NCBI GenBank assembly: GCA_964016885.1
Contig: OZ024740.1
Span: 356,562,001-356,626,000, forward strand
DNA: 64,000 nt
Source: Eledone cirrhosa
Taxonomy: Eukaryota
Direction: 5' to 3'
Shown here piece by piece: positions 1 through 11,519 of this stretch. Position 1 is the first letter of the stretch. Every line of letters starts with the position of its first letter. The notes beneath the pieces were generated by a model. The model was not told the origin of the DNA. It ran no database searches and was given only the letters and a program-made list of their open reading frames with translations. The translations under genes and the position numbers were made by a program.

Positions 1-47
1 ATAACCCACCAGTGTTCTACTATTATATATATATAAGGACAGCTGAC

Positions 48-94
48 TTTCCTGGTGATATCTTTTGAATGAAACAGTTCTAGTCCTGTAGAAG
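48..94 (+). ncRNA. Type I hammerhead ribozyme motif (degenerate) in a short TA-flanked Penelope-like remnant (about 35-181)
   Basis: TTTC-CTGGTGA-TATCttttGAAT-GAAA-CAGttctagtcCTG-TA-GAAG: stem I, core with A6G change, weak stem II, stem III ACAG/CUGU, GUA triplet. Confidence 0.55.
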
Positions 95-661
95 CCGTTT
101 CTATATTAAACTTAATATTTACATTCTACTAATGTATTGAGTACCTTACTACCTCTGGTTACCTGCGATTGAACCCCCGATGTATATATATATATATATA
201 TATATATAACAAAACACTTCCAGACGAAGGGAGGGAAATACCGTTACAACCTCTAATAGAATGCCTTGCGGTATTTGTTCCTCCTCGTACTATAAGCTTA
301 AAATCCAACTGAGATTAACTTAGCCTTTTAAACTTTCAGAGTCAATTTGTGCAGTAAAGTAGGGAGTTCGATTCAGTTTTGCCTATAGCCAAAACGTTTT
401 AAAAGAAACACTTGAAAGAAGATAAGATGAAATCACCTTTGTGTTCTACCTCAAACATTCCAAGGCTAGCACATTGTGCTTTGATGCTTTGATATGGTTG
501 TTCTTCGATTTGAAAGCATGATGAAGAATGTACGTTTCGATTAGCTTCATCGCCAATTGCCTTGAATGGTAGATCTTTTCCTTTCTCTTCGTTACTGCTG
601 GTGAAATGATTGTTGCGGCTCCGATGGGATCCTTTCACATGACCGATTCGGAAAAAGAAAA

Positions 662-752
662 ATAGATAGATAGATAGACAGATAGATAGAGTGAAATGGT
701 GTGAGAAAGAAAATGATGAGAGAGAGAGCGAGAGAGAGAGAGAGAGTGGAGA
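662..752. repeat. (GATA)n / (GA)n microsatellites
   Basis: Directly visible tandem repeats. Confidence 0.9.
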
Positions 753-794
753 GAAACAAAATTGACTCGCGTGCTTCTCATTTCTCCACACTGA

Positions 795-910
795 AAAGCT
801 GAAAGTCAATGTTGGTGCCGGTGGGATTTAAACTCAGATTGCAGAGAGTCGGGATAAATACCGATAAGCCTTTGATCTGACGCCCTAATAACCCAATAAT
901 TTGCTACCGT
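795..910 (-). mobile_element. Degenerate tRNA-derived SINE head
   Basis: ggtgggatttaaactcaga resembles the reverse complement of tctgagttcaaatcccgcc in the younger SINE copies at 27661 and 53717. Confidence 0.5.
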
Positions 911-1532
911 AAATCTGCCAGTAGCTTTACTAAGCTTTAAACTAAAGATTTCTAGTTTGAATGATGTCTGCAACCAGGGATAATATATTCAGGAATGGAT
1001 ACCTGATGACGCTGAATGATCAGAATAATCGACCATTATTCTGTAAATATACACCACGTTAAATATAAGGATTATTGCTTGAAACATGTATAATCTTATT
1101 AACAATACATTTCAAATACTTAGATACGGGATCTTTCGTTTCACGTTTGCTTTATTCCTGGTAACGACATCTGTTAATTCCTTTTCAAGCTTTTATTCAA
1201 TTTAGTAAAGGAATCTCAAGATAAAAATAGATTCGTATCTGATAAGACTTTATAGGTGTTCATGTTGAGAAATAGTGTACAGGTAAGATATTATTTTTAA
1301 CTGCTGATACTACACACATTAACACTCAATCTATAATGTGTCTTACCGGTTTGATTGTAAGATTTCTTTTATAATTACATTGACATGATACCATTAACAA
1401 AAAAGTTGATTTAATTAAAGCCTAGCCTACATACTTGTCAGAATTCGTATACGAATCGAATGTAGTTCTAATAACATTCTGCGACATCATCTTCACGCTA
1501 TGCATTAGGTTACTGTGTTAAGTAACCTAATT

Positions 1533-2133
1533 AACTAACAGGTTGAGAAAAAATACACCTGGACAAATCAAACGTTATACGTTTAAAGTGTTAATTATTT
1601 GTGTTTGTTTAATAGCATCTGGTCGAGAGCTTATTCTGATAGTTAGCGGAAATTATAATATTTCCTTTGTCTAAGATTTGAATGACCCGCCAAAAACCGG
1701 AGTTATTTCCCTTGCTAGAAATAACACGTGACAACTAAATATACCATTCGCTGCAGCTAGCGGCAACATTTAGCATCTCGCCCCATTATTTGGTAGAACG
1801 AAAACCTGTTGATGAATTGAATCCTCTGTTCGATCATGAATACCACGAGCTTGCCAGTTACGTAAGTCTGATATTTGATTTCCGATTCATGGAAACACTT
1901 TAAACGTATAACGTTTGATTTGTCCAGGTTTTTTTTTCTCAACCTGTTAGTTCTTTCGTTACTTTGGTATTGTGTGTTAGATTTTGCCTACCACAATGTT
2001 CAATTTGTCAAGCTATTTAAACGTATGTTATTACTCTAAGGTCCTACCTTGTCGAGTGCTTTGCTAACTCATTCATATAGTAGGTCGAATTTGTTTGCAC
2101 ACCGCCAAAGATTCGATTTTACTAAGCACCCAA
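1533..2133 (+). mobile_element. Penelope-like pLTR remnant with 5' inverted segment
   Basis: 1533-1592 is the reverse complement of 1894-1952; element ends at (TA)n 2135; second copy at 41557-42090 on the minus strand. Confidence 0.75.
1801..1932 (+). ncRNA. Type I hammerhead ribozyme with greatly extended stem II
   Basis: Stem I AAAACCTG/CAGGTTTT (8 bp), core TTGATGA 1809-1815, stem II base TGAATC/GATTCA, GAAA 1892-1895, stem III with TTAAACG/CGTTTGA, GUC triplet 1922-1924. Confidence 0.75.
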
Positions 2134-2237
2134 TTATATATATATATATATATATAGGTAAACAGAAATAACAACAAAATCGGTACAGTATATGGAAGGG
2201 ATATATTAGATTAACGCTTGATATAGCAGGAAGAGGA

Positions 2238-2273
2238 TCTTAACGTTTCGGACGCTAGTCCTTCATCAGAAGA
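2238..2273 (-). ncRNA. Minimal type I hammerhead ribozyme in a Penelope-like remnant (about 2157-2440)
   Basis: Minus strand TCTT-CTGATGA-A-GGACtagcGTCC-GAAA-CG-TT-AAGA; palindromic AACGTT stem III typical of dimer-acting PLE hammerheads. Confidence 0.85.
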
Positions 2274-2440
2274 AAGAATGAGAAATGAGATACATTGAGG
2301 GGACGGCGGGATGGAATTGGAAAAAATGTCTTTAGATAAAAATAACAGGTCCATTCATGTTGACATCTCTTGCAAAACTGTTGGTGCTGGCGTTTTGTGT
2401 ATGATATATTTTTTTAGAAAAGTGAATTATGGAGCGCGTC

Positions 2441-2606
<166 letters not shown>

Positions 2607-2822
2607 ATGATATTTGTTTGTGTGTATTGGTATTTATTTATGAATGGAAATACAGTGGAATAAAGAATAAGTATGTAATATATCAACTTGTGTTTTGTGA
2701 ACATATATTTCAGTATAGACAGTCACGTACACAGTATGTGTGTGCTCACTTGCTTGCATGTATATAACCTGGTACAATATTTCTATAAATATAACATACT
2801 AATAATCAATGTTAAATGAAAA

Positions 2823-2872
2823 TGTCTTTCTCAAAATACAATATATATATATATTGTATTTTGAGAAAGACA
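2823..2872. repeat. Perfect 50-bp palindrome centred on a (TA)n run
   Basis: tgtctttctcaaaatacaa-(ta)n-ttgtattttgagaaagaca. Confidence 0.9.
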
Positions 2873-2978
2873 CACACACACACACACACACACATAAACA
2901 CACATACTGATATATACCCCTTTTGGGATTCTTTCTCACGTCGTGTAGACGCGTTCTTGAGACTAGTAAAATGAGGTA

Positions 2979-3066
2979 TCCTCTTGATAAGTCGGCAGAC
3001 CTCGCAAGGACTCTATATCTTTGATATACTGTTTTTGTTTATGCCACGAAACTACGTAGTCGAGGA
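2979..3066 (+). ncRNA. Type I hammerhead ribozyme, U3-A8 core variant with extended stem II, in a microsatellite-flanked remnant (about 2917-3299)
   Basis: TCCTC-TTGATAA-GT(C)GGCA...TGCCAC-GAAA-CTACGTAG-TC-GAGGA; stem I 5 bp, palindromic stem III, GUC triplet. Confidence 0.8.
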
Positions 3067-3297
3067 ATTTAGGAACAGTTTAGGTATGATACATTTTATT
3101 ACTAATTATATCTAAATGTTTCTTCTCTCTTCATAATGTATTTTTAACTCTGATACTGGTTCAGTCTGGTTCAAACTGAATTGGTCTGTCCCGGTCATTC
3201 ATTGAGCAACATCGGTGAAGTTGGCACCCTTAACTCACAGTTGGGTGCGGATGCATTCATGTATATATGTGTGTGTCCGCATGTATCTGTGTGTTTC

Positions 3298-3361
<64 letters not shown>

Positions 3362-3363
<2 letters not shown>

Positions 3364-3425
3364 CAAGGTTTAGCAAATAAGAAAAAGTATGGTTACCTTT
3401 ACCGAATCGGTTTCGAGTCTCAAAA
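3362..3425 (-). mobile_element. Penelope-like tail fragment with the 3' half of a hammerhead, abutting (TA)n 3300-3361
   Basis: Minus strand CTC-GAAA-CCGAtTCGG-TA-AAGG (stem III plus GUA); no CUGANGA half present. Confidence 0.5.
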
Positions 3426-3429
3426 ATAA

Positions 3430-5889
3430 ACGGACCAGCGGGACCTGACCCCTCTACAAGAATTTGAAGAGGAGCCGCTCCAAGATGGCGAGGCGCGAAC
3501 GGGGCAAGGGACGACGGTCAGACGGTAGTAGATGACGGACGCGATGTACGCGTTCGCACGTCCGCCCATTTCTGGGTGAGACTGACTACCCTGGCCGTCA
3601 CCTCGTCCCAATTCTTATCCACCTGTAGGTCTGGCCCGAACCAAACCCCGAGCAACTTTACCGGTCCGTCCGTCCAGCGCCTAACGACGCTGTTGGACGG
3701 CATGGACTTGCCTCTACAGGTGCCGAGTTGCAAGCCCACCGACTTTTCCGGGTTAAGTTTTGCTCCGTCAACCTTTCATATTCCTCCAATAAGTTGCCGA
3801 CCACCTCGATTTCTGAGGCGTCCGACACCATCACGGTGATGTCGTCCGCATAAGCCGACACAGCCTTTCCGCGTCCCGCTTCGAGCGGGGTGCCCTGCAA
3901 CAGCTCCAGCTTCCGCAGTAAAGGCTCGAGAGTCAATAAGTACAGAAGGGAGGAGAGAGGGCACACTTGACGGACCGATCAGGAGACCTGAAACGGTTCC
4001 GAGAGGTGGCCATTCATTTTGACCACCGAGCAGGTGCCGCTGTGCATTGCAGCGATCCAGCTTCTGAAGACGGGGCCGAAGCCAGCCGCCTTGAGGACAG
4101 CCTCCAGGTACCGATCGATGGTCGACCCTATCGAATGCTTTCGATTGATCTAAATTGCTCAGAGCCCCACCGAAGCCAGGTTTACAACCTACCCTCTCTA
4201 TGGTGTATCGCATTAGGTGGAGGTTGTCGTGTAGGGACCTGGTTGGGATTGCGCAAGTTTGCGCCTCCCCAACTAAATCCCCAACGACAAGCGCCAACCT
4301 CTTCACTAATACCATGGCCAAAATCTTAAACTCTGTGTTGAGCAGAGTTATGGGCCTGAAATTGTCTAATGTGTCCCTCTTGTTCTCGTCTTTCCTTATC
4401 AGCGTCACTACGCCCCGGCTTACAGAACTGGAAATACTCCCGTTTTGCTGCCAGTTGCAGTAGAGGGCTTCGAGGAGATTGGAGAACAAGTCAGGCATAT
4501 TTACGTAAAGCTTGTAGGGCAGACCATTCAAACCGGGTGACTTGCGCCTCATGCAGCTGACAAGGGCATCCTGAATCTCGGCTGAAGTAATTGGCCTTTC
4601 GCAGCGCCCAGCGTCAGCCGTCGAGAGTTGCGGCAAGCCATCAAGGTAGGGACTGAAGTCCGCCACTATCTCTGACCCGCCACTTCCCCCGAACAACCGA
4701 GCAAAATGTTGGCGAAAGGCCTCACACATCCGCTTGGAATCGCTCAGCTCGTGTCCGTCTCGGTCCGTCAAAGACCGAATTGTGGTTTTATTATCCCGCT
4801 GCGCCTCTGCCACGCGGACCCATCGAACAGCTTTGGTTCCCTCGTTTCTCAGAGCACGCGCCTTATCTCTGACAATGCAACCTTCATGTTTCGCATTGAA
4901 GAAATGGTCTAATGCCATTCTCGCCGCTAGCACGTCAGTTGCAATGCTAACTTATCTACCAACTCCCCCTCCTTTCTATTTTTCTCTAACGATACGTCTT
5001 TGCTAAACTCTATCGACATTACTCTAATCTCTCTTTTGAGAGCCCCCCACCATCTATTGTTGACGACTCCCACTGTCAACTTTTTCTTAACTAAACTGTT
5101 GACCTGGTCCCTGTAAGCCTTACGTGTCGGAAATGACATGTTTAGCTTCCAGTAACCAGGTCCTAACCTCCGCATCTTATCTAGGTCGACCATACAGATC
5201 ACAAACTTGTGATCAAAATAGGCGACCGTTTCAAAACGTGGACAGCTTACACTATTTCTGTCTATTTTCCTAATGAATATCCTGTCTATATACGATCTAG
5301 ATGACCCTATGCGGTTAGTCCAGGTCCACACTGGCGCATTAGGGAAATCTAGTCGGTACCTGTCAAACAGTTGGAACTGGCTGATCAGGTTCTTGAGGCT
5401 TTTGCACCCCCCGCTCCTATCGGATACTCCCACACAGTCCCAGCGTGCGTATAAGATGCCGTTCCAGTCCCCCGCTAACAGTAAAGGGCAAGACGTACCC
5501 AGAAAGGCTTCCAGGCGTCTAAAGAAGTCCGGCCGTCCTGCCCCAGTAGGAGCATAGACGGCCACCAGACTAAAGGCACCACCTTCGTTATTGTTCACGT
5601 CCAGGACCACCAACTTCCCGTCCGGGTCCCGGAAGATCGACCTTACCTGGAGATCCAGGCCTTTCCTAAACAGCACTGCCACCCCGCATCCAATTCCCGG
5701 CCGGCTAATAGATGCAAAGATATGATAGTCGTCGAAAATGGGGGCTACTGCGCGCGTGTCGGAAATCGTGGTCTCGATGACGGCAATTACATCCATTTCT
5801 TGAGACCTGAGGTCGTTGAGCAGGTGACCCTGCTTCCAGGACTATCCCAGGCCTCGAACATTTAAACTTCCTACTCTTAATACGGCCAT
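3430..5889 (-). pseudogene. L1/Tx1 ORF2 (APE endonuclease + reverse transcriptase), with frameshifts and stops
   Basis: GSLNVRGL, VYAP, GDWN, YIDRIF, FDH, GPGYWKLN, KSPGLNGLP, NFRPITLLN, LDQSKAFDRVDH, AYADD across several frames. Confidence 0.92.
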
Positions 5890-6090
5890 GTTGGCAGGTT
5901 AAAAAGAGAGAGAGGAAAGGTTTACTTACCTTCCGGGCTCTTGTGAAGGCCTGGTGGTTCGACCTCCATAGTTGGTGGGTCTCTTTTGGGAACCCCTTTA
6001 AAAGTCTTGAAGTGGGTTTTACGTTCAGGGTTCCCACGTCCCGAGGAAAGCTGTCTCATATCTCTTTGTTTAAATCGAGCGACATTCGCA
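3430..6090 (-). mobile_element. L1/Tx1-clade LINE, truncated at both ends
   Basis: GC-rich block; probable ORF1 C-terminus 5922-6090 followed by ORF2 with APE and RT motifs. Confidence 0.9.
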
Positions 6091-6096
6091 CTAAAA

Positions 6097-6472
6097 CAAA
6101 TCTGGTGGTTTTGGACAAGGAAAAAAGATCGTGCCTGATTGTAGATGTAGCCTGCCCATTTGACACGAGAGTGCAAGAAAAGGAGGGGGAGAAAATTAAC
6201 CGATACCAGGACTTAAGGTGGGAGGTAAAAAGGATTTGGAACTGTCATGAAGTCAGAGTCGTCCCGATTGGGACTAGGTACTATATCAAAGAGTTTCCAA
6301 GGATGGTTAAAGAAAATTAGCCCAGCCCCGCTTTTTGGAACACTTCAAAAGTCATGCTTGCTGGGAACAGCAAGAACCGTCCGGTACGTCCTGAATACCT
6401 GAGGCTACAGGTAGCGGCTTGATATTCAGTTAGATAACATCAATGAGTGAGACTCAAAGAATAATAATAATG

Positions 6473-6507
<35 letters not shown>
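6097..6507 (+). mobile_element. R4/Dong LINE 3' fragment with (TAA)n tail
   Basis: LVVLDKEKRSCLIVDVACPFD...EKINRYQDL restriction-like endonuclease end; close match to 11127-11490; (TAA)n 6459-6507. Confidence 0.9.
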
Positions 6508-6510
<3 letters not shown>

Positions 6511-7783
6511 CCGATCTGACATAGAAATTTTAACAAACTACAAAGTAGGTGAACATGTTAAACAAACTAAACTTAGAAAATTGAAAAGAAAATACAGTAT
6601 AAAATCAACAAGTGACATAGACATGCTGATAGAAATAATCAAGCAAAAAGTGTCGGCCAAAGCTGCTCGTATAAGGCGCTTTGAAAAACTAGATTCTATA
6701 AGGACAATAATATGTTCAAAAACAACCAAAGAAACTTCTACAGAAAAATTGGCAAGTCAACAATAACTGCTAAATCAATACCACCCAAGGAGGAAGTGCA
6801 AGAATTCTGGGAAAAGATCTGGGCCGAAGAAAAAGTTCATAATATACATGCCCCATGGATAGACAGACAAATGAAAGATACAGCTCACCTTGAAGAACAA
6901 ATATGGGAAAATATAACAGTTGAACAGTTGCATTTGGCTCTTAGAAAAACCAGCAAATGGAAATCCCCAGGAAAAGTCAAAATACAAAATTTTTGGATAA
7001 ATGCCTTCACAGAGTCTCATGAGCTGTTAGCCCAACTTTACAATGAAATAATAGTTAAAGAGACAGAAAACATACCATCATGTCTAGTTAACTGCATTAC
7101 ATTCCTGCTTCCGAAGAATGATGAGACAAACAATCACAAAAATTACAGACCGATAACTTACTTGACCACAATGTATAAAATTTTAACATCAGTCCTAACT
7201 GAATATACATATGACTACCGGATTACAAATTACCTATTTCCTAATGAGCAGAAAGGGTGTAAACGAGACTCATATGGCTTTTGGTTAACAAAATGATACT
7301 GGAAGATTGTCATAATAGACACAAAAATCTATCGATTGCTTGGATAGATTATACAAAAGTATTCGATAGTTTGCCACACAGTTGGATTTTAAAATGTTTA
7401 GAAATTTTCAAAATATCTCCCGTTGTCAGGAGGTTTTTGTCATTCAGTATGAAGATATGGAAAACGACACCCCTTTTGAATAGTGAAAAGGAATCACTGG
7501 AAGCTGAAGAAGTTAATATTAATTGTGGAATTTTTCAGGGTGACTCTTTATCACACCTTCTATTCTGCATCGCACTTATACCATTAAGTAAAATGCTCAA
7601 TGAAACAAAACATGGATATAAAGTCTATGACAAAACCAGTAATCACTTGTTCTACATGGATGACCTGAAACTATTTGCAAAAAATGAACAATTGCAAGGG
7701 CTATTATCCACTGTGGAGCAGTTCAGTGATGACATTAAAATGGAGTTGACTAGATAAATGCGCCAAAGCAACGTTCACCAGAG
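6508..7783 (+). mobile_element. R4/Dong LINE internal fragment of a second subfamily (RT pseudogene)
   Basis: WKSPG, NYRPITYL, EQKGC, AWIDYTKVFDSLPHSW, GIFQGDSLS, HLFYMDDLKL; frameshifted; starts right after the (TAA)n run. Confidence 0.9.
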
Positions 7784-8029
7784 GAACCCCTACTTCCTAC
7801 AACCCCTACTTCCCTTAGCAGCAGCAGCACAACAACACTAGTAACCGATCTTACTAGCCTTGTAAAACGAAAAACGCATAAGAAAAAAACAAAAAGGCAA
7901 AAAAAGAAAAAAAAAACTAAGTCAGACATTCAAACATTACAATGAAACTTGTGTTTGTTTTTGTTTTTTTAGGTATTTATCTATTTGTTTGTTTGTTTAT
8001 TTATGTTCGTCTACAGCGTGATGGTGCCA

Positions 8030-11000
8030 CGCTAAAATCACCGGTAGTTATGTAACTATACATTCACCAATCCTCGATATGAGTGTTTGAATGTCGAACC
8101 TAAACAGTTCGAATAACGGTGAAGTGGAGACTGGAATGTCATGTGACAGACTCTCACCCAGCAGGTGCTCCCTGGCCCAGCAGCAGTTACCTAGCTGTCA
8201 TCCAAATACTGCTGGTGAAGAAGACGAAGGAAAGGGACCAGAACCAACTGGACGAAAGAATTGAATAGAACTGTTATGCAATTTTACCTGAAGAGTAACC
8301 CCAAGGAAAAAGGCTATAGGAAACGGATGCATAACATCTGGAACGAGATTGGTCTATTTAAATTAGATTAACAAAAATTGGCCGGGCAGAGAGATTAGGT
8401 GGGAAATGGAGAGTGGTGTATGCCAGGCAAACAAGCCAGTGAGAAATGAAGGTGAAGAGGGTGAGAGAACGGAGGAACCATCCGAAGCAGACAATGATCT
8501 GAATGCTGAAATAAATAATACCTGGAACAAAGATACGGCCATTGAGGAAATGAATGCTGACGGGCTAGGACAAGATTTGGTTGATATCCTAAACTTAGTG
8601 GTAGATGAAATGAACAAAGATAGTGGGAAACCTATGAACCTAAGATTTGTAGGCAGGAAAAAGTTAAAAGAAACAACAGCTAAGGTAAACAAAGTCATCC
8701 CATACCTTGAGGCGAGGAGCCTTCACCAGTGCAACAATATCCTCAAAGCAACAGCAAATTCGGTGAGGAAATTACTTGGCATAAAAGTGAGAGGAAACAA
8801 CAAACAAGAAAGATCGGAAGAAACGACTGAATAGTCAAATCAGGGAAATGAGATGATATTCGGAAGCTTGAGTCCCTACTTAATGGGACACTAAAAAACA
8901 TAGACACTAAAAATAGACTGGAAATAAAGTACAAAGCTAGGAGGAAAAAGCTAAATATTATCATAGAGGAACTGAAGCAACGCATTGTTACAAAGAGTGC
9001 AAAGATTAGGCGATACGAGAGCAGAGTCAGTCAGTATAGACAGAACCGCATGTTTGACAACAACCACAAGATGTTGTTTGGACAGCTTGAAGGGAAAGAA
9101 AGAGGCAACGAGTTGATCCCTGAGGCGGAACAAACTAAGACATTCTGGAGAGGAATATGGGGGCAGGATGTTACACATAATGATCATGCAGTGTGGATTG
9201 AGACAGTACAAAAGGAGATTAGTGAACAGGCACACCAACAAACTGATTTGAGTATCACAGTTGAAACTCTTAAGGGGTAGGCCAAAAAACTAACAAACTG
9301 GAAATCACCAGGCCCAGATGGTGTGCAGGGGTATTGGATTAAAAATATAACATCGCTCCACCCGAAACTGGCAACCATGTTCAATGACTGCTTGATGTCA
9401 GGTGAGGTACCAGAGTTGTTGACAAAAGATACCATAGTTCTGATAATGAAAGACCGAATCAAGGGTAATGATGTTACCAACTATAGACCTATCACATGTC
9501 TGTCCGTAATGTGGAAACTGTTAACAAGCATTGTGTCTGAGGGCATCTACCATCACCTCCACATAAACAACTTGTTACCGGACGAACAGAAAGGATGCCG
9601 AAAGAAGTCCCGTGGTACAAAGGACCAGCTACTTATTGATAAGATGGTAATGAGGAATTGCAAGAGGAGACACACTGGTCTTGCCATGGGATGGATAGAC
9701 TACAAAAAGGCATTTGACATGGTACCTCATTCTTGGATCACCAAAAGCCTAGAGATCTTCAAGGTGGCAGATACCATCAGACAGTTGTTGAGCAAAAGTA
9801 TGAAGTCCTGGAAAACAGAGTTAACATCGGCTGGAGAATCCTTGGGAGGCGTGAACATCAAGAGAGGTATCTTCCAGGGAGATAGTCTGTCCCCTCTGTT
9901 GTTTGTCCTTGTCCTGATACCCCTCACCATTATACTGCGAAAAGTGAGAGCAGGATACAAGTTGGGAAAGGGAGAGCTTACCATCAATCACCTCCTCTTC
10001 ATGGACGATCTTAAGCTCTTCGGGAAGAGTGAGAAGGAGTTGGATGTGCTTGTTGACACTGTCCGTATTCTCAGCAATGATATATGTATGCAATTTGGTA
10101 TTAGTAAGTGTGGAGTCCTTGTGATGAAGAGGGATAAATTGAGCAGAAGCAACGGAATCCAGGTACCAACAGGTGAGATGATAAAGGAAATTGACACTGA
10201 AGAAGGATACAAATATTTAGGTGTTCTGGAGGCTGATGACATCAAGAACAAAAAAATGAAGGAATTGATAAGATCTGAATACATTCGGAGAGTAAGGAGC
10301 GTATTAAAATCACATCTGAACACTAGGAATGCCATAAGTGCAGTAAATTCCCGAGCTGTGTCTATTATTAGGTACAGTGGGGGAATTCTGAGATGGAATG
10401 TTGCTGAACAAAAAGAAATGGATAGGAAGACTAGGAAGCTATTGACTATCTACAACATGTTCCACTAGAGGAGTGATGTCGATAGACTCTACTTAAGGAG
10501 ATCTGAAGGTGGAAGAGGTCTTATCAGCATAAAGGACTGTGTTCAGATGGAGAAAAACAACCTACACAAATACGTGACTGATAGTAGGGAACCAATGCTC
10601 AGAATTGTACTGAAGGAGAGGACAATAGACCAGGGGATGTCCAATGAGGAAATAACAACAAGGAGAAAGAGCAGCCTTCATGAAAATCCCTTCATAGTAC
10701 CTTCTTTGAGAAAACTGAAATCAGAGATCCACAGACATGGAACTGGTTGAAAAGAGGAGACCTTAAAAAGGCTACAGAAGGAATGCTAATGGCTGCGCAA
10801 GAGCAGGCCCTCAAAACGAAGTGACTGAAACACCATATTTACAAGGAGGAGGCTAGCCCACTGTGTAGGATCTGTGGAGAGAGAGAGGAGACTGTGGCTC
10901 ACATTGTATCCGAGTGTAAACACCTAGCCCAGACTCACTATAAAGGTTGGAGTCATGATGTGACGGGTAGGGTGATTCACTGGCACCTATGCAAAATAAA

Positions 11001-11516
11001 CAATTTACCACATTCTGAGAAGTAGTATGAGCATAAGCCAGAGTCGGTGATAGAAAACGGTCAGGTTAAGGTGCTGTGGGATTTTAGGATACAGACGGAC
11101 AAGAAACTGGAACACAATAGACCTGACCTGGTGGTTGTGGACAAAGAAAAAAGATCGTGCCTGATTGTGGATGTAGCCTGCCCATTCGACACAAGAGTGC
11201 AAGAGAAGGTGTGGGTAAAAATTAACCGATACCAGGACTTAATGGGAGGTAAAAAGGATTTGGAACTGCCATGAAGTCAAAGTGGTCCCGATCATAGGCG
11301 CACGAGTTTCCTAGGATGGTTGAAGAAAATTGGTCCTGCTCCGCTTTTTGGAACACTTCAAAAGGCAGGCTTGCTGGGAACAGCAAGAACCCTCCGATAT
11401 GTCCTGAATATCTGAGGCTGCTAGTAGTGGCTTGATATTCATTTCAACAAACTTTCCAGTTAAATAACATCAATGACTGAGACTCAAAGAACAATAATAA
11501 TAATAATAATAATAAT
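8030..11516 (+). mobile_element. Near full-length R4/Dong LINE with (TAA)n tail
   Basis: N-terminal WTKELN...GYRKRMHNIW region, RT, CCHC knuckle, REL endonuclease, tail 11493-11516; 5' boundary approximate. Confidence 0.92.
8091..11415 (+). pseudogene. R4/Dong ORF (RT + restriction-like endonuclease), disrupted
   Basis: NYRPITCL, GWIDYKKAFDMVPH, GIFQGDSLSP, LFMDD, YKYLG, CRICGEREETVAHIVSEC, HNRPDLVV; several stops and frameshifts. Confidence 0.92.
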
Positions 11517-11519
11517 ATT

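Noticed and set aside
3576-5557. Plus-strand ORFs over the GC-rich block
   Set aside because: Antisense shadows of the L1/Tx1 ORF2
5943-6320. 125-aa ORF read as one protein
   Set aside because: Chimera of antisense L1 sequence and an R4/Dong 3' fragment
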